A DNA stretch of 32,000 bases from Pseudomonadota bacterium (GTDB taxonomy: Bacteria > Pseudomonadota > Gammaproteobacteria > Nevskiales > OUC007), in assembly GCA_036156195.1 (NCBI GenBank), contig JAYZUZ010000019.1, positions 82,680-114,679 of the forward strand, read 5' to 3'. The notes under the pieces are model-generated. The model ran no database searches. It was given only the letters and a program-made list of their open reading frames with translations, and was not told where the DNA came from. Every line of letters starts with the position of its first letter. Within the stretch, counting starts at the first letter, position 1. Made by a program: the position numbers and the translations under genes. Positions 7,932 through 19,199 of this stretch are shown here, in pieces.

Positions 7932-8288
7932 CTACTTACGAATCGGACGACGCGGGCCCTTCCGGGTGCGTGCGTTGGTACGAGTGCGCTGACCATGAAC
8001 CGGCAGGCCGCGACGATGGCGAATCCCGCGATAGCAACCCAGATCCATCAAGCGCTTGATGTTCATGCTGATCTCACGACGGAGATCACCTTCCACCGTG
8101 AACTTGGCAACGGCCGCACGCAGCCCATCGATCTCCGGCTCAGCCAATTCCTTGACCTTGACGTCCGGCGCTACACCGGCCTCGTCACAAATCGCTTTAG
8201 CGCGAGTCGGGCCAATGCCATAAATGGCCTGCAGTGCGATCACTGCATGCTTGTTGGCTGGTACGTTGACGCCTGCAATACGCGCCAT
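7932..8288 (-). CDS. rpsM: 30S ribosomal protein S13
   Basis: 118 aa, [26 protein letters not shown]. Confidence 0.97.
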   Translation of the reverse strand: MARIAGVNVPANKHAVIALQAIYGIGPTRAKAICDEAGVAPDVKVKELAEPEIDGLRAAVAKFTVEGDLRREISMNIKRLMDLGCYRGIRHRRGLPVHGQRTRTNARTRKGPRRPIRK

Positions 8289-8334
8289 GCTCTAACTCCT
8301 GTGAACTGCCTGCGCGGCCCGAAAAAGGCGCGCG

Positions 8335-8363
8335 AATTTACCGAAAATATCGACTGATGACAA
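8335..8363 (-). promoter_or_regulatory. Candidate sigma70 promoter of the alpha operon
   Basis: Minus strand reads TTGTCA, a 17-nt spacer, then TAAATT, in the 106-nt rpmJ-rpsM gap. A GC-rich leader hairpin follows (plus strand 8312-8333, gcgcggcccgaaaaaggcgcgc). Confidence 0.5.
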
Positions 8364-8394
8364 GGTGCAGCTGATTGGCGGCACCTGACATCGA

Positions 8395-8508
8395 TCAACC
8401 CTGACGCTGCTTATGCCGCGGGTCCGTGCAGATCACGCGCACGGTACCGTGCCGACGAATGATCTTGCAGTTGCGGCAGATCTTCTTAACAGACGCTCGA
8501 ACTTTCAT
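8395..8508 (-). CDS. rpmJ: 50S ribosomal protein L36
   Basis: Below the ORF-track length cutoff. Manual translation gives [37 protein letters not shown] (37 aa, zinc-ribbon C/C/C/H form), 15 nt after secY. Confidence 0.95.
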   Translation of the reverse strand: MKVRASVKKICRNCKIIRRHGTVRVICTDPRHKQRQG

Positions 8509-8523
8509 GCGTCGATCCTCTTG

Positions 8524-9867
8524 TTACCGTGTCACGCCGGCACCGCCCGGTGCCCGCAAATTCGCTTTCTTCATCAGTCCCTCGTACTGGTGGGACATCA
8601 GATGTGCTTGCAGCTGCGCCATGAAATCCATAACCACAACCACGATGATGAGCAGGCTTGTGCCACCGAAGTAAAACGGCACATTCCACTCAAGAATCAA
8701 GAACTCCGGCAGCAGACACACCAGCGTGATGTACGCAGCACCTGCAACCGTGAGCTTGGTCAACACATTGTCGATGTAACGTGCCGTCTGCGCGCCTGGA
8801 CGCACACCGGGAATGAACGCACCTGACTTCTTCAGATTGTCGGCAGTCTCACGCGAATCGAAGACCAACGCGGTGTAGAAGAAACAGAAGAACACGATCA
8901 TCAGCGCGTACAGGAGTACGTACAGCGGCTGCCCAGGAGATAGCGCGTTCGCGATCGACTGCAAAAATCCGGGACCGCCCTCCCCAAAGAACCGCACAAT
9001 CGACGCGGGGAACAAAATGATTGAGGACGCGAAAATCGGCGGAATCACGCCACTCATATTCAACTTGAGCGGGAGATGCTGCGTTTGCGCGGCAAACATT
9101 TTACGTCCCTGCTGGCGACGCGCATGGTGCACCGGAATGCGCCGTTGGGCACGTTCCACGAACACTACGAACCAGGTCACACCGATGGCAAGCGCAAACA
9201 GCAGTACAACTTGCCAGGATGCCATTGAACCCTCGCTGACCAGCTGTGCCGTGGCACCCAGTGCAGTCGGGAGACCCGCCACAATGCTGGCAAAAATGAT
9301 CATTGAGATCCCGTTGCCGATGCCACGCTCAGTCACCTGCTCACCCAACCACATCAGGAAGATTGTCCCGGTGACCAGAGAGACCGCCGCCGTGAAGATA
9401 AAGGGCATGCCTGGATTGATCGCTACGCCACTGTTTTGCAACGCGACTGCGGCACCAATGGACTGGAAGGTCGCAAGCCCCAACGTACCGTATCGCGTGT
9501 ACTGGGTAATCTTCCGACGTCCGGCCTCGCCTTCCTTTTTCAACTCCTTGAGCGGCTCGTACACGGCCGTCATGAGCTGGATGATGATGCTGGCCGAGAT
9601 GTACGGCATGATGCCCAGTGCAAACAGACTCAGACGCTCCAGTGCCCCACCCGAGAACATGTTGAACATGTCCAGGATGGTGCCGCGCTGAGCTTCAAAC
9701 AGTGCTGCAAGCTGTTGGGGATCGATGCCGGGCACTGGGATGAAGGACCCGATGCGGTAGACGATCAGTGCCCCGAGCAGGAACAGCAGACGGCTACGAA
9801 CCTCTCCCAACTTGGAGAGATCCGGCATCATGCCGCCTGCTGCTGGATTGGCGCCTTGTCGAGCCAT
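8524..9867 (-). CDS. secY: Preprotein translocase subunit SecY
   Basis: 447 aa multi-pass membrane protein with [17 protein letters not shown], located between rplO and rpmJ. Its ATG overlaps the rplO stop (TAATG). Confidence 0.97.
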   Translation of the reverse strand: MARQGANPAAGGMMPDLSKLGEVRSRLLFLLGALIVYRIGSFIPVPGIDPQQLAALFEAQRGTILDMFNMFSGGALERLSLFALGIMPYISASIIIQLMTAVYEPLKELKKEGEAGRRKITQYTRYGTLGLATFQSIGAAVALQNSGVAINPGMPFIFTAAVSLVTGTIFLMWLGEQVTERGIGNGISMIIFASIVAGLPTALGATAQLVSEGSMASWQVVLLFALAIGVTWFVVFVERAQRRIPVHHARRQQGRKMFAAQTQHLPLKLNMSGVIPPIFASSIILFPASIVRFFGEGGPGFLQSIANALSPGQPLYVLLYALMIVFFCFFYTALVFDSRETADNLKKSGAFIPGVRPGAQTARYIDNVLTKLTVAGAAYITLVCLLPEFLILEWNVPFYFGGTSLLIIVVVVMDFMAQLQAHLMSHQYEGLMKKANLRAPGGAGVTR

Positions 9868-10304
9868 TATTCGCTTCCGACGCTACCGCCAGCTGCTTCA
9901 ATCGCCTTCGCAGCACTCGCCGTGGTGCGAAGACCCACAATCTTGACGGCGCGCGTAATCTCGCCCGATCCGATGATCTTGCAATCAATGGTGTTGCCGT
10001 TCAGCAGACCAGCTGCCTTAAGACTCGCAAGATCAACCGTTTCAATACCGCTCTTATCCAAGGTATCCAGACGCAACTCCGCAACAAGCGGTGAAGTGCG
10101 GGAACGGAAGCCACGCTTGGGGAGTCGACGCTGCAACGGCATCTGACCACCCTCGAAACCGGGCTTTGGCATGCCACCACTGCGCGATTTCTGGCCCTTG
10201 ATTCCGCGACCACAGGTTTTACCGTTGCCGGACGAATGACCACGTCCGACACGATTGCGTAGTTTCTTTGAGCCTTTGGCTGGCTTGAGATCGTTTAGCT
10301 GCAT
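9867..10304 (-). CDS. rplO: 50S ribosomal protein L15
   Basis: The track ORF is over-extended. The homologous start is [34 protein letters not shown], with ATG at 10304. Confidence 0.93.
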   Translation of the reverse strand: MQLNDLKPAKGSKKLRNRVGRGHSSGNGKTCGRGIKGQKSRSGGMPKPGFEGGQMPLQRRLPKRGFRSRTSPLVAELRLDTLDKSGIETVDLASLKAAGLLNGNTIDCKIIGSGEITRAVKIVGLRTTASAAKAIEAAGGSVGSE

Positions 10305-10308
10305 TGGC

Positions 10309-10506
10309 TTAGCCCTCAACCGCTTCTTCAACACGAAGCAGGTAGTCGATCTTGCGAACCATGCCCATGTTCTCTGGCGTCGTGATGACGTCCACAGTCT
10401 GGTGCATGCGACGGAGTCCCAGACCGCGTGCGCAGGCCTGGTGTGCCTTGAGACGCCCGCTAAGGCTTCTCACAAGGGTCACACGGATAGTCTTTTCGCT
10501 GCTCAT
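10309..10506 (-). CDS. rpmD: 50S ribosomal protein L30
   Basis: 65 aa with [27 protein letters not shown]. Confidence 0.95.
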   Translation of the reverse strand: MSSEKTIRVTLVRSLSGRLKAHQACARGLGLRRMHQTVDVITTPENMGMVRKIDYLLRVEEAVEG

Positions 10507-10520
10507 CAGATGTGCTCCGC

Positions 10521-11027
10521 TTACGCGCGAATCTCTTCGACGGCTTTGCCACGCTTGGCCGCGATGTATTCGGGATCGTGCATATTCGTCAGTGCGTTGA
10601 CGGTTGCACGGACCAGGTTGACCGGGTTACGCGAGCCGTAGCTCTTGGCCAGCACGTTCTGCACGCCGGCGACCTCGAACACAGCGCGCATCGCGCCGCC
10701 CGCGATGACGCCCGTACCGTCAGAGGCGGGGCGCATGATTACGCGCGTTGCGCCGTGACGACCCTGGATCGGGTGCTGCAAGGTGCCAGAGGTGAGCGGA
10801 ACCGAGACCATGTTCTTACGGGCCTGCTCCATTGCCTTCTGGATTGCCAGCGGCACTTCACGAGCCTTGCCGTAGCCGAAGCCCACGCGTCCTTCGCCAT
10901 CACCAACAACGGTCAGCGCGGTGAAGCCGAACTGCCGGCCACCCTTAACCACTTTGGCGACACGGTTAACCGTGACCAGCTTTTCGAGCAGATCGCCCTG
11001 CCCGTTGTTGTTGTCGTTTCTTGCCAT
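10521..11027 (-). CDS. rpsE: 30S ribosomal protein S5
   Basis: 168 aa with [28 protein letters not shown]. Confidence 0.97.
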   Translation of the reverse strand: MARNDNNNGQGDLLEKLVTVNRVAKVVKGGRQFGFTALTVVGDGEGRVGFGYGKAREVPLAIQKAMEQARKNMVSVPLTSGTLQHPIQGRHGATRVIMRPASDGTGVIAGGAMRAVFEVAGVQNVLAKSYGSRNPVNLVRATVNALTNMHDPEYIAAKRGKAVEEIRA

Positions 11028-11036
11028 CTCAGTGCC

Positions 11037-11393
11037 TTAGAACTTGAGGCCGCCCTCACGAGCGGCGTCGGCGAGCGCTTTGACCCGACCGTGGTAGCGG
11101 AAGCCAGAACGATCGAAGGCGACGGTTTCGATACCGGCTGCCTTAGCCCGTTCGGCCACGGTACGGCCAACCAGCGCCGCAGCTTCGATGTTGCCGCTGT
11201 GACCACTGACGTCGTCGCGTACCGACTTGTCGATGGTTGACGCGGATGCCAGCGTCTTGCCGCCGTCGGCCGCAATAATCTGTGCGTAGATGTGGCGCGG
11301 CGTACGGTGCACGCACAGGCGTGGCACACGCAGCTCGGCGATCTTTGCGCGCGTCTTGCGGGCGCGGCGAATGCGTTTTGTCTTGTCGGCCAT
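11037..11393 (-). CDS. rplR: 50S ribosomal protein L18
   Basis: 118 aa with [16 protein letters not shown] and [26 protein letters not shown]. Confidence 0.97.
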   Translation of the reverse strand: MADKTKRIRRARKTRAKIAELRVPRLCVHRTPRHIYAQIIAADGGKTLASASTIDKSVRDDVSGHSGNIEAAALVGRTVAERAKAAGIETVAFDRSGFRYHGRVKALADAAREGGLKF

Positions 11394-11396
11394 GGC

Positions 11397-11927
11397 TTAC
11401 TTCTTCTTCGCTTCTTTCCGAAGGACCCGCTCATCCGAGTAGCGCACGCCCTTGCCCTTGTAAGGCTCCGGCGGACGGAACGCCCGAATTTCTGCGGCCA
11501 CTTGCCCTACGACCTGCTTGTTCGCACCCTTGACCACGATCTCCGTCTGAGACGGCGTTTCAATGGTGATGCCTTCAGGCACCGGGTAATCGATCGGATG
11601 CGAGAAGCCGAGCGCCAGGTTGAGCTTGTTGCCCTGCGCCTGCGCGCGGTAACCCACGCCGACGAGCTGCAACTTTCGCTCAAAGCCCGTGCTGACACCG
11701 ACAACCATGTTGCTGACGAGCGCACGCATGGTTCCCGACATCGCAGTATTGCGGGCGATGGAGTCGTCGGACACACGAACCAGACCGTCTTCGACAGACA
11801 GTTCGATGCCCGCCGGTACGTCCATATCCAGCTGTCCGTTCTTTCCCTTCACCATGACACGGCCGTCGGCAAATTTGACTTCGACGCCTGCCGGCAAGGT
11901 GATCGGATTCTTGGCTACGCGACTCAT
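11397..11927 (-). CDS. rplF: 50S ribosomal protein L6
   Basis: The track ORF is over-extended. The homologous start is [19 protein letters not shown], with ATG at 11927, just after the rpsH stop. Confidence 0.94.
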   Translation of the reverse strand: MSRVAKNPITLPAGVEVKFADGRVMVKGKNGQLDMDVPAGIELSVEDGLVRVSDDSIARNTAMSGTMRALVSNMVVGVSTGFERKLQLVGVGYRAQAQGNKLNLALGFSHPIDYPVPEGITIETPSQTEIVVKGANKQVVGQVAAEIRAFRPPEPYKGKGVRYSDERVLRKEAKKK

Positions 11928-11928
11928 A

Positions 11929-12324
11929 TCAGGCCACCGTGCAAAGCACTTCGCCACCCTGGCCGAGCTCGCGTGCACGGCGATCGGAGATCACCCCTGC
12001 AGAGGTCGACACAATGGCAATACCTAACCCACCCAGGACTTCCGGCAAGCTGTCCTTACCGCGGTAAATCCGCAGAGACGGCTTGCTGACACGCTGCAAA
12101 TGCTCGATGACACCTTTGCCTTCGAAGTACTTGAGCGCGACAACCAGGGTCGGCTTTCCATCCACTTCAGTGCTGTTGAAATCGGCGATAAAGCCCTCTT
12201 CTTTCAACACTTCAGCGATCGCTTTTTTAACTTTCGACGCCGGCATGCGAACTTCCTTTTTCCGCGCGGCCTGGCCGTTGCGGATGCGGGTCAGCATGTC
12301 GGAGATCGGATCAGTCATGCTCAT
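11929..12324 (-). CDS. rpsH: 30S ribosomal protein S8
   Basis: 131 aa, [20 protein letters not shown]. Confidence 0.97.
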   Translation of the reverse strand: MSMTDPISDMLTRIRNGQAARKKEVRMPASKVKKAIAEVLKEEGFIADFNSTEVDGKPTLVVALKYFEGKGVIEHLQRVSKPSLRIYRGKDSLPEVLGGLGIAIVSTSAGVISDRRARELGQGGEVLCTVA

Positions 12325-12343
12325 AGCAACACCGATATCCCGT

Positions 12344-12649
12344 TTACCAACTAGACTTGACGAGTCCGGGGACTTCGCCGTTCATTGCTGCCTGACGCAG
12401 CTTGTTCCGAGCAAGACCGAACTTGCGGTAGTAACCGCGCGGCCGGCCCGTTACGTTGCATCGATTGCGCATACGCACGGGGCTCGCATCACGAGGAAGC
12501 GCCTGCAGTGCCTGCACAGCGGCATAACGCTCCTCGAAACTGGTCTCTGGATCACTGATCTTGGCCTTGAGTGCGGCCCGCTTCTCAGCGTACTTCTCGA
12601 CCAGCTTTGCGCGCTTGACTTCACGCGCGATCATGCTCTTCTTCGCCAT
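12344..12649 (-). CDS. rpsN: 30S ribosomal protein S14 (long form)
   Basis: 101 aa ending in [41 protein letters not shown]. Confidence 0.97.
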   Translation of the reverse strand: MAKKSMIAREVKRAKLVEKYAEKRAALKAKISDPETSFEERYAAVQALQALPRDASPVRMRNRCNVTGRPRGYYRKFGLARNKLRQAAMNGEVPGLVKSSW

Positions 12650-12665
12650 AAGGTCCTAACCGTCC

Positions 12666-13202
12666 TTAATTGCGGAATGGGAACTCGAACGCATCGAGCA
12701 GCGCTCGACCTTCTTCATCGTTCCGAGCCGTTGTCGTAATGGTGATATCCATACCCCGGAGTGCATCGACTTTGTCGTACTCGATCTCGGGGAAGATGAT
12801 CTGTTCGTTCACACCCATGGTGTAGTTACCGCGACCGTCGAACGACTTGGGATTCAAGCCTCGGAAGTCACGGATGCGCGGCAGTGCCACGTGCACCAAG
12901 CGCTCAAGAAACTCGTACATGTGAGCACGACGCAACGTCACCTTGGCGCCAATTGGCCAACCCTCGCGGATCTTGAAGCCAGCGACGGACTTGCGTGCGT
13001 AAGTCACAATCGGCTTCTGACCGGCGATTTTCGCCATGTCAGCAACCGCGTGTTCCATGATCTTCTTGTCAGCAACCGCTTCGCCAAGGCCCATGTTCAG
13101 GGTGATCTTGACCAGTCGCGGTGCTTCCATGACGCCGCAGTCGAGCTTTTTCATCAGCTCGGGGCGGATCGTCTCGTTGTATCGAGTTGCCAGTGTAGTC
13201 AT
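12666..13202 (-). CDS. rplE: 50S ribosomal protein L5
   Basis: 178 aa with [12 protein letters not shown] and [30 protein letters not shown]. Confidence 0.97.
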   Translation of the reverse strand: MTTLATRYNETIRPELMKKLDCGVMEAPRLVKITLNMGLGEAVADKKIMEHAVADMAKIAGQKPIVTYARKSVAGFKIREGWPIGAKVTLRRAHMYEFLERLVHVALPRIRDFRGLNPKSFDGRGNYTMGVNEQIIFPEIEYDKVDALRGMDITITTTARNDEEGRALLDAFEFPFRN

Positions 13203-13214
13203 GACCGTCTCTCG

Positions 13215-13541
13215 TTAGACCTCAACGGCCTTGTCGGTTGACTTGAAGAAGCGCTCCTTCTGGCGCGCATCACCTTCGCCGACCCAGCGGAAACCGACGC
13301 GATCACCCTTGCCCGTTTCGGGGTTGTAGAGCATCACGTTGGACACGTGTATCGGCATTTCCTGTTCGACGATGCCGCCGGCCACACCCGCATTCGGGTT
13401 GGGCTTGACGTGCTTCTTCGCCATGTTGATGCCTTCGACCACAATGCGGTCTTCGGACACGATGCGGGACACAGCGCCGCGACGGCCCTTGTCCTTGCCT
13501 GCGATCACGATGACGTCATCGCCTGTCTTCAAACGCTGCAT
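13215..13541 (-). CDS. rplX: 50S ribosomal protein L24
   Basis: The track ORF (210 aa) is over-extended into rplN. The homologous start is [22 protein letters not shown], with ATG at 13541 overlapping the rplN stop (TGATG). 108 aa. Confidence 0.93.
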   Translation of the reverse strand: MQRLKTGDDVIVIAGKDKGRRGAVSRIVSEDRIVVEGINMAKKHVKPNPNAGVAGGIVEQEMPIHVSNVMLYNPETGKGDRVGFRWVGEGDARQKERFFKSTDKAVEV

Positions 13542-13906
13542 CACAGCACCTCCGGAGCGAGCGAGATGATGCGCATGTACTTCTCGCGCAGTTCGCGGGT
13601 CACGGGGCCGAAGATACGAGTACCGATTGGCTCGAGCTTCTGGTTCAGAAGTACGGCCGCATTCGTGTCGAAGCGAATAACCGAGCCATCCGGACGGCGA
13701 ACGCCGCGACGCGTACGAACCACCACCGCGTTGTGAACCTCGCCCTTCTTCACTTTGCCGCGAGGAATGGCATCTTTGACCGTCACCTTGATGATGTCGC
13801 CGATCTGGGCATAACGACGGTGAGAACCGCCGAGCACCTTCACGCACATCACGCGACGGGCACCGCTGTTGTCAGCGGCATTCAGCATGCTTTCTGTCTG
13901 AATCAT
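13541..13906 (-). CDS. rplN: 50S ribosomal protein L14
   Basis: The track ORF (184 aa) is over-extended. The homologous start is [28 protein letters not shown], with ATG at 13906. 121 aa. Confidence 0.95.
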   Translation of the reverse strand: MIQTESMLNAADNSGARRVMCVKVLGGSHRRYAQIGDIIKVTVKDAIPRGKVKKGEVHNAVVVRTRRGVRRPDGSVIRFDTNAAVLLNQKLEPIGTRIFGPVTRELREKYMRIISLAPEVL

Positions 13907-13919
13907 CGCTTGCGCCTCG

Positions 13920-14192
13920 TTAGACGACGACAGCCGACTCGACGACTTCAACCAGTCGCCACGTCTTCTGCTTGGAGATCGGACGGCAAGACACCACGCG
14001 CACCAGGTCACCCGACTTCGCCGTATTCTCGGCATCGTGGGCGTGAATCTTGGTGCTGCGACGGATGTACTTCCCGTACAGCGGATGCTTTTCACGACGC
14101 TCGATCAGCACCGTGATGGTCTTGTCACCCTTGTCAGAGACCACCCGGCCTACCGCAGCGTGTTCGACCTTGTTCTGTGTCGCTTCAGTCAT
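13920..14192 (-). CDS. rpsQ: 30S ribosomal protein S17
   Basis: 90 aa with [34 protein letters not shown]. Confidence 0.96.
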   Translation of the reverse strand: MTEATQNKVEHAAVGRVVSDKGDKTITVLIERREKHPLYGKYIRRSTKIHAHDAENTAKSGDLVRVVSCRPISKQKTWRLVEVVESAVVV

Positions 14193-14194
14193 GA

Positions 14195-14410
14195 CTAACC
14201 AGCCTGCTCAAGAATGGAGCGGGCATTGATGGCGGTTTTCACCCGCGCAATGTTCCGCTTCACTTCACGAATCCGATGGACCTGCGTCATCTGACCGGTC
14301 GCCATCTGCATACGCAGATTGAAATGCTCACGTGCGAGCGAGAGCAGCTCGTCCTGCAGTTCGGCGTCGCTCTTGGCAGCCAGCGATTTATTGTATTCCG
14401 CAGCTTTCAT
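14195..14410 (-). CDS. rpmC: 50S ribosomal protein L29
   Basis: 71 aa with [23 protein letters not shown], located between rplP and rpsQ. Confidence 0.94.
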   Translation of the reverse strand: MKAAEYNKSLAAKSDAELQDELLSLAREHFNLRMQMATGQMTQVHRIREVKRNIARVKTAINARSILEQAG

Positions 14411-14412
14411 GA

Positions 14413-14826
14413 TCAGAGCACCGTCCGAGATACAAACTGGGTCTGCACAGGCAACTTCGCGGCAGCCAGGCGGAATGCCTCACGCGCGATGTCTTCTGGC
14501 ACACCTTCCATTTCGTAGAGCATCTTGCCGGGCTGAATCTTGGCGACCCAGTATTCGACGTTGCCCTTACCCTTACCCATACGCACTTCGATGGGTTTCT
14601 TCGTAACCGGCACATCCGGGAAGATCCGAATCCAGATCTTGCCGCCACGCTTCACGTGACGGGTCATTGCGCGACGGGCAGCTTCGATCTGGCGCGCCGT
14701 GATTCGCCCACGACCCACAGCCTTGAGGCCGTATTCGCCAAAGCTCACCTTATTACCGTTGATCGCCAACCCGCGGTTGCGACCTTTATGCTGTTTGCGG
14801 AACTTCGTCCGTTTCGGTTGCATCAT
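14413..14826 (-). CDS. rplP: 50S ribosomal protein L16
   Basis: 137 aa, [21 protein letters not shown]. Confidence 0.97.
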   Translation of the reverse strand: MMQPKRTKFRKQHKGRNRGLAINGNKVSFGEYGLKAVGRGRITARQIEAARRAMTRHVKRGGKIWIRIFPDVPVTKKPIEVRMGKGKGNVEYWVAKIQPGKMLYEMEGVPEDIAREAFRLAAAKLPVQTQFVSRTVL

Positions 14827-14841
14827 GACGTGGGTTCCTTG

Positions 14842-15507
14842 TTACGCGGCCGCCGACTCGTTGGTCGAGTCTTCCGGCTTGTTGAACACTTCGCCCTTGA
14901 AGACCCACACCTTGATGCCGATGACACCGTAAGTGGTGTGAGCTTCTGCCGTGCCGTAATCCACATCGGCACGCAAGGTATGCAGCGGCACGCGGCCTTC
15001 GCGGTACCACTCGGTGCGCGCGATTTCAGCACCGTTCAGACGGCCACCCACCTGAATGCGGATACCACCAGCCCCCAGGCGCATGGCGTTACCAACGGCC
15101 CGCTTCATGGCACGACGGAACATGATCCGACGTTCCAGCTGCTGAGCAACCGACTCGGCGACCAGGGTCGCGTCGAGCTCCGGCTTACGGATCTCTTCGA
15201 CATTCACATGCACCGGCACCTTCATCATGCGGGCACATTCGGTGCGCAGACGTTCGATGTCTTCGCCCTTCTTGCCAATCACGATGCCGGGACGCGCCGT
15301 GTGAATGGTGATTCGCGCGGTGCGCGCCGGACGGTCGATCTGAATGCGACTAACCGATGCATGCGACAGTTTCTTCTTGAGGAAGTCACGCACCTCGAGA
15401 TCGGTTGCCAGCGTATCGGCGTATGCCTTGCGCTCGGCGTACCAGCGCGACTTCCACTCACTCGTGATGCCGAGGCGAAAACCGACGGGATGTACTTTCT
15501 GACCCAT
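14842..15507 (-). CDS. rpsC: 30S ribosomal protein S3
   Basis: 221 aa, [24 protein letters not shown]. Confidence 0.97.
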   Translation of the reverse strand: MGQKVHPVGFRLGITSEWKSRWYAERKAYADTLATDLEVRDFLKKKLSHASVSRIQIDRPARTARITIHTARPGIVIGKKGEDIERLRTECARMMKVPVHVNVEEIRKPELDATLVAESVAQQLERRIMFRRAMKRAVGNAMRLGAGGIRIQVGGRLNGAEIARTEWYREGRVPLHTLRADVDYGTAEAHTTYGVIGIKVWVFKGEVFNKPEDSTNESAAA

Positions 15508-15509
15508 GA

Positions 15510-15842
15510 TTACTCGTCCCCAACCTGGACAGTGATATGGCTATTGCGCTTCGTGATCCGGTCTGCCCGGCCACGTGCACGCGGCTTGACGCGCTTGAAC
15601 ACCGGCGCCTGGTTCACCCAGATGGCCGACACCTTCAGCTCATCCACATCAGCGCCGTCATTGTTCTCGGCGTTCGCAATAGCGGATTCGAGCACTTTGC
15701 GAATGATGTGGGCAGCCTTTTTAGGGCTGTACGCCAACAAGTTCAGCGCCTTCTCAACCGGCAGTCCGCGCACCTGGTCTGCGACCAAAGCGGCCTTCTG
15801 CGGCGAGAGGCGTGCGTAACGGAGAGTCGCTTGCGTCTGCAT
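15510..15842 (-). CDS. rplV: 50S ribosomal protein L22
   Basis: The track ORF (153 aa) is over-extended into rpsS. The homologous start is [26 protein letters not shown], with ATG at 15842. 110 aa. Confidence 0.94.
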   Translation of the reverse strand: MQTQATLRYARLSPQKAALVADQVRGLPVEKALNLLAYSPKKAAHIIRKVLESAIANAENNDGADVDELKVSAIWVNQAPVFKRVKPRARGRADRITKRNSHITVQVGDE

Positions 15843-15843
15843 C

Positions 15844-16116
15844 TTACTTCGCCTTCCTGTCAGCGAGATGCCCTTTGAAGGTCCGAGTCGGCGAAAACTC
15901 ACCGAGCTTGTGACCCACCATGTTGTCCGTGACAAACACCGGCACGTGCTGACGGCCGTTATGAACAGCAATCGTCAGTCCAACCATGTCCGGCGTCACC
16001 ATCGAACGGCGCGACCAGGTCTTGATCGGACGTTTGACGCGGGCGTCTTGCGTCGCGGCCACTTTCTTGGCCAGATGCCCGTCAACGAACGGGCCCTTCT
16101 TTAATGAGCGCGGCAC
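15844..16116 (-). CDS. rpsS: 30S ribosomal protein S19
   Basis: 90 aa, [19 protein letters not shown], and [16 protein letters not shown]. Confidence 0.97.
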   Translation of the reverse strand: MPRSLKKGPFVDGHLAKKVAATQDARVKRPIKTWSRRSMVTPDMVGLTIAVHNGRQHVPVFVTDNMVGHKLGEFSPTRTFKGHLADRKAK

Positions 16117-16127
16117 GGCCTAACCTC

Positions 16128-16955
16128 CTAGCGCTTGTTACGACGGCGCACAATCATGGCGTCCGTCCGCTTGTTCTTACGTGTCTTCTTGCCCTTGGTC
16201 TTCACACCCCAGGGAGACACAGGATGACGACCACCCGAGGTGCGGCCTTCACCACCACCATGCGGATGATCCACCGGGTTCATTGCCACACCACGCACGG
16301 TCGGGCGAATACCCTTCCACCGCGTCGCACCGGCTTTACCCAGTGATCGCAAGCTGTGTTCGGAGTTGCCGACCTCACCAATTGTGGCGCGGCAAGCCGA
16401 ATGCACCTTGCGCATTTCGCCAGACCGCAGACGCAGCGTGGCGTATTCGCCTTCGCGGGCAACCAGCTGTGCAGTACCACCGGCGCTGCGTGCAATCTGC
16501 GCGCCCTTCCCAGGACGCATCTCCACGCAGTGGACCTGCGTACCGACGGGGATATTGCGCAAAGGCAGCGCATTTCCCGGCTTGATCGGCGCATCGAAAC
16601 CCGTCTGGACCTTATCGCCTACGGCCAAGTTCTTCGGCGCGATGATGTAGCGACGCTCACCATCTGCGAACAGAATTAGCGCGATGTGGGCCGAACGGTT
16701 CGGATCGTACTCCAGGCGCTCAACACGACCGGGGACACCGTCCTTGTTCCGCTTGAAGTCAATGATGCGATAACGCTGCTTGTGACCACCACCACGATGA
16801 CGCGTGGTGATTCGGCCTGCGTTGTTACGTCCGCCCGACTTGGTTTTCTTTTCAACCAACGCTGCATGCGGCTGCCCCTTGTGGAGGTCAGCGTTATGCA
16901 CCTGAACGACAAACCGTCGCCCAGCTGATGTCGGCTTTGCTTTCTTCAATGCCAT
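16128..16955 (-). CDS. rplB: 50S ribosomal protein L2
   Basis: 275 aa with [15 protein letters not shown] and [26 protein letters not shown]. Confidence 0.98.
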   Translation of the reverse strand: MALKKAKPTSAGRRFVVQVHNADLHKGQPHAALVEKKTKSGGRNNAGRITTRHRGGGHKQRYRIIDFKRNKDGVPGRVERLEYDPNRSAHIALILFADGERRYIIAPKNLAVGDKVQTGFDAPIKPGNALPLRNIPVGTQVHCVEMRPGKGAQIARSAGGTAQLVAREGEYATLRLRSGEMRKVHSACRATIGEVGNSEHSLRSLGKAGATRWKGIRPTVRGVAMNPVDHPHGGGEGRTSGGRHPVSPWGVKTKGKKTRKNKRTDAMIVRRRNKR

Positions 16956-16968
16956 GGATCCGCTCCGC

Positions 16969-17265
16969 TTAGCTCAGGCCGACGAAGTCGATTTCTTGAC
17001 CTTCGCCCAATTGGACATAGGCCTTCTTGGTGTCTTTGCGACGACCTTCGACACGACCAAAGCGCTTACGCTTGCCCTTGACGACGACCGTACGCACCGA
17101 ATCCACCTCGACGTTGAACAGCAGCTCGACTGCCTGCTTGATCTCGACCTTGGTTGCATCGGTGGCAACTTCAAACACCGCCTGGTTGTGGCGCTCGGCC
17201 ACGTTGGTGCTCTTCTCCGACACGATGGGCGCGCGGAGAATATTCATCAGCCGTTCCTGGTTCAT
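16969..17265 (-). CDS. rplW: 50S ribosomal protein L23
   Basis: The track starts at a GTG (17274). I prefer ATG at 17265 ([20 protein letters not shown]). GGAG lies 8 nt upstream, and the ATG overlaps the rplD stop (ATGA). Confidence 0.92.
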   Translation of the reverse strand: MNQERLMNILRAPIVSEKSTNVAERHNQAVFEVATDATKVEIKQAVELLFNVEVDSVRTVVVKGKRKRFGRVEGRRKDTKKAYVQLGEGQEIDFVGLS

Positions 17266-17864
17266 GCCAGCCACTCCTGAATACGCTCAATCGCTGCCAC
17301 GCTCATGACGACCTTGTCTGCGCCGACAAGTGCAGCCGGGTTAAGGGCTGCCGTGTCGATGACGTCGACATAAGGAATATTGCGAGACGCTAGGTAAAGG
17401 GATTCGCTCACCTCGTTAAGCACAACCAAAGCGCGCGGCGCGTTGAGCTCGGCCAACTTGGCAATCAAGACCTTCGTCTTGGGCGCATCCAGCTGAAGAT
17501 CATCAACGATGATCAAACGTTCCTGGCGCTGCAACTCGGACAAGATGGCTCGCAGACCACCGCGATACATCTTGCGGTTGACCTTCTGCGAGAAATCGCG
17601 CGGAGTCGCGGCGAACACCTTGCCACCACCGGTAAAGATGGGGCTGCGAATGGTTCCTGCGCGAGCCCGACCCGTCCCTTTCTGACGCCACGGCTTACGA
17701 CCACCGCCACGCACATCCGAGCGACCCTTTTGTGCCTTGGTCCCCGCGCGGCCACCGGCGAGATACGCCACGACCACCTGATGAACCAGAGACTCGTTGA
17801 AGTCGGCTCCGAAGACTGCATCCGACACGGACACGGTCGAGCCGTTATGAACTTGGAGATCCAT
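17262..17864 (-). CDS. rplD: 50S ribosomal protein L4
   Basis: 200 aa with [29 protein letters not shown]. Confidence 0.97.
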   Translation of the reverse strand: MDLQVHNGSTVSVSDAVFGADFNESLVHQVVVAYLAGGRAGTKAQKGRSDVRGGGRKPWRQKGTGRARAGTIRSPIFTGGGKVFAATPRDFSQKVNRKMYRGGLRAILSELQRQERLIIVDDLQLDAPKTKVLIAKLAELNAPRALVVLNEVSESLYLASRNIPYVDVIDTAALNPAALVGADKVVMSVAAIERIQEWLA

Positions 17865-17866
17865 GC

Positions 17867-18505
17867 TTAGCCCTTCACCGCCGGGCGAACCAAGACATCA
17901 ACACCGGTCGCGCCGGGGATGCCACCCTTGATCATCAGCAGATTGCGCTCGGCGTCGACGCGGACCACTTCCAGGTTCTGGACGGTCACGCGCTTGTTGC
18001 CCATCTGACCGGCCATCTTTTTGCCCTTGAACACACGACCCGGGGTCTGGTTCTGGCCAATCGAGCCCGGTGCGCGATGCGACAGCGAGTTACCGTGCGT
18101 GTTGCGCTGATGATGGAAGTTGTGACGCTTAATCGTGCCCGCGAAGCCCTTACCGATGGAGACGCCTGTGACGTCAACGGACTGACCAGCCTCAAACTGA
18201 TCAACCTTGATCTCTCCACCCGGCTCCAGCCCATCCAGCTGCTCCGTGGTTGCACGGAACTCCCAAACGCCGCGACCGGCTTCGGTGCCCGCCTTCTTAA
18301 AGTGACCGGCCATCGCCTTGGTCACTCGGCTGGCACGGCGCGTACCCACAGTCACCTGCACAGCCGTGTAACCGTCCACGTCATCGCGCTTGATCTGGGT
18401 GATCCGATTTGGCTCAACCTCAATCACGGTGACGGGCACGGAAGCACCAGCTTCGGTGAACAGGCGCGTCATGCCTCGTTTTTTTCCGACCAGTCCGAAA
18501 GACAT
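17867..18505 (-). CDS. rplC: 50S ribosomal protein L3
   Basis: The track ORF is over-extended. The homologous start is [18 protein letters not shown], with ATG at 18505 and GAGGAA 6 nt upstream. 212 aa. Confidence 0.95.
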   Translation of the reverse strand: MSFGLVGKKRGMTRLFTEAGASVPVTVIEVEPNRITQIKRDDVDGYTAVQVTVGTRRASRVTKAMAGHFKKAGTEAGRGVWEFRATTEQLDGLEPGGEIKVDQFEAGQSVDVTGVSIGKGFAGTIKRHNFHHQRNTHGNSLSHRAPGSIGQNQTPGRVFKGKKMAGQMGNKRVTVQNLEVVRVDAERNLLMIKGGIPGATGVDVLVRPAVKG

Positions 18506-18810
18506 TGCCGTTTCCTCAGCAGTGCGCACGGCCAGAGCCGCACGCCCAACAAACAATTAGAGCGACACGAGCGCCTGCCCGCCAATTGCGAACAAACGCT
18601 CAATGATCTGTTACGTGAAGCTTTGCTGCCGGAGCAGTTTCGACTTCAAGCTCAACTCGCCTGGAACCCGAGCCGTTTCGCCTAAGCGACGTACCCGATA
18701 CCTCTTCAGCAAGCCGAATCAAGCGCCGTGGCGCTTGAAACGGGCGCTTGGCGCGCCCTCACCCGGATCGCCCGGGCGTGCTGTACCTGCTTGACCCGAA
18801 GGCCTAAGCG

Positions 18811-19125
18811 TTAGTTCAGCTTGATTTGCACGTCCACACCCGCCGCGAGGTCAAGCTTCATCAAAGCGTCGACCGTTTTCTCGGTGGGGTCCACAATCTC
18901 CATGAGGCGCTTGTGGGTACGGACTTCATACTGATCGCGCGCATCCTTATTCACATGCGGCGAGATGAGTATTGTAAATTTTTCCTTGCGAGTAGGCAAG
19001 GGGATCGGACCACGAACCATGGCGCCGGTGCGCTTGGCAGTTTCCACGATCTCACGCGCAGACTTGTCGATCAGTCGATGATCGAAAGCCTTGAGACGAA
19101 TTCGAATATTTTGATTCTGAGCCAT
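18811..19125 (-). CDS. rpsJ: 30S ribosomal protein S10
   Basis: 104 aa, [35 protein letters not shown]. Confidence 0.97.
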   Translation of the reverse strand: MAQNQNIRIRLKAFDHRLIDKSAREIVETAKRTGAMVRGPIPLPTRKEKFTILISPHVNKDARDQYEVRTHKRLMEIVDPTEKTVDALMKLDLAAGVDVQIKLN

Positions 19126-19165
19126 GGTGCTTTACATCGTTGACGTTGGCTAAACCCGTGAACCG

Positions 19166-19199
19166 AAAACCGCGGGCCACCTGATGGCGGCCCGCGTTT
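19166..19199 (-). terminator. Intrinsic-terminator-like hairpin between tuf and rpsJ (tuf terminator and/or S10-leader attenuator)
   Basis: Minus strand reads AAA-CGCGGGCC-GCCATCAGGT-GGCCCGCG-GTTTTCGGTT. The stem is 8 bp GC-rich, extendable by 2 bp across one mismatch. A run flanks the 5' side and a U run the 3' side. The hairpin ends about 40 nt before the rpsJ ATG. Confidence 0.65.

Noticed and set aside
18603-18794. 63-aa plus-strand ORF inside the rpsJ-rplC spacer.
   Set aside because: It is on the opposite strand to the operon, has no SD, and gives a Pro/Arg/Ser-rich low-complexity translation. The spacer is better treated as non-coding (see the finding).
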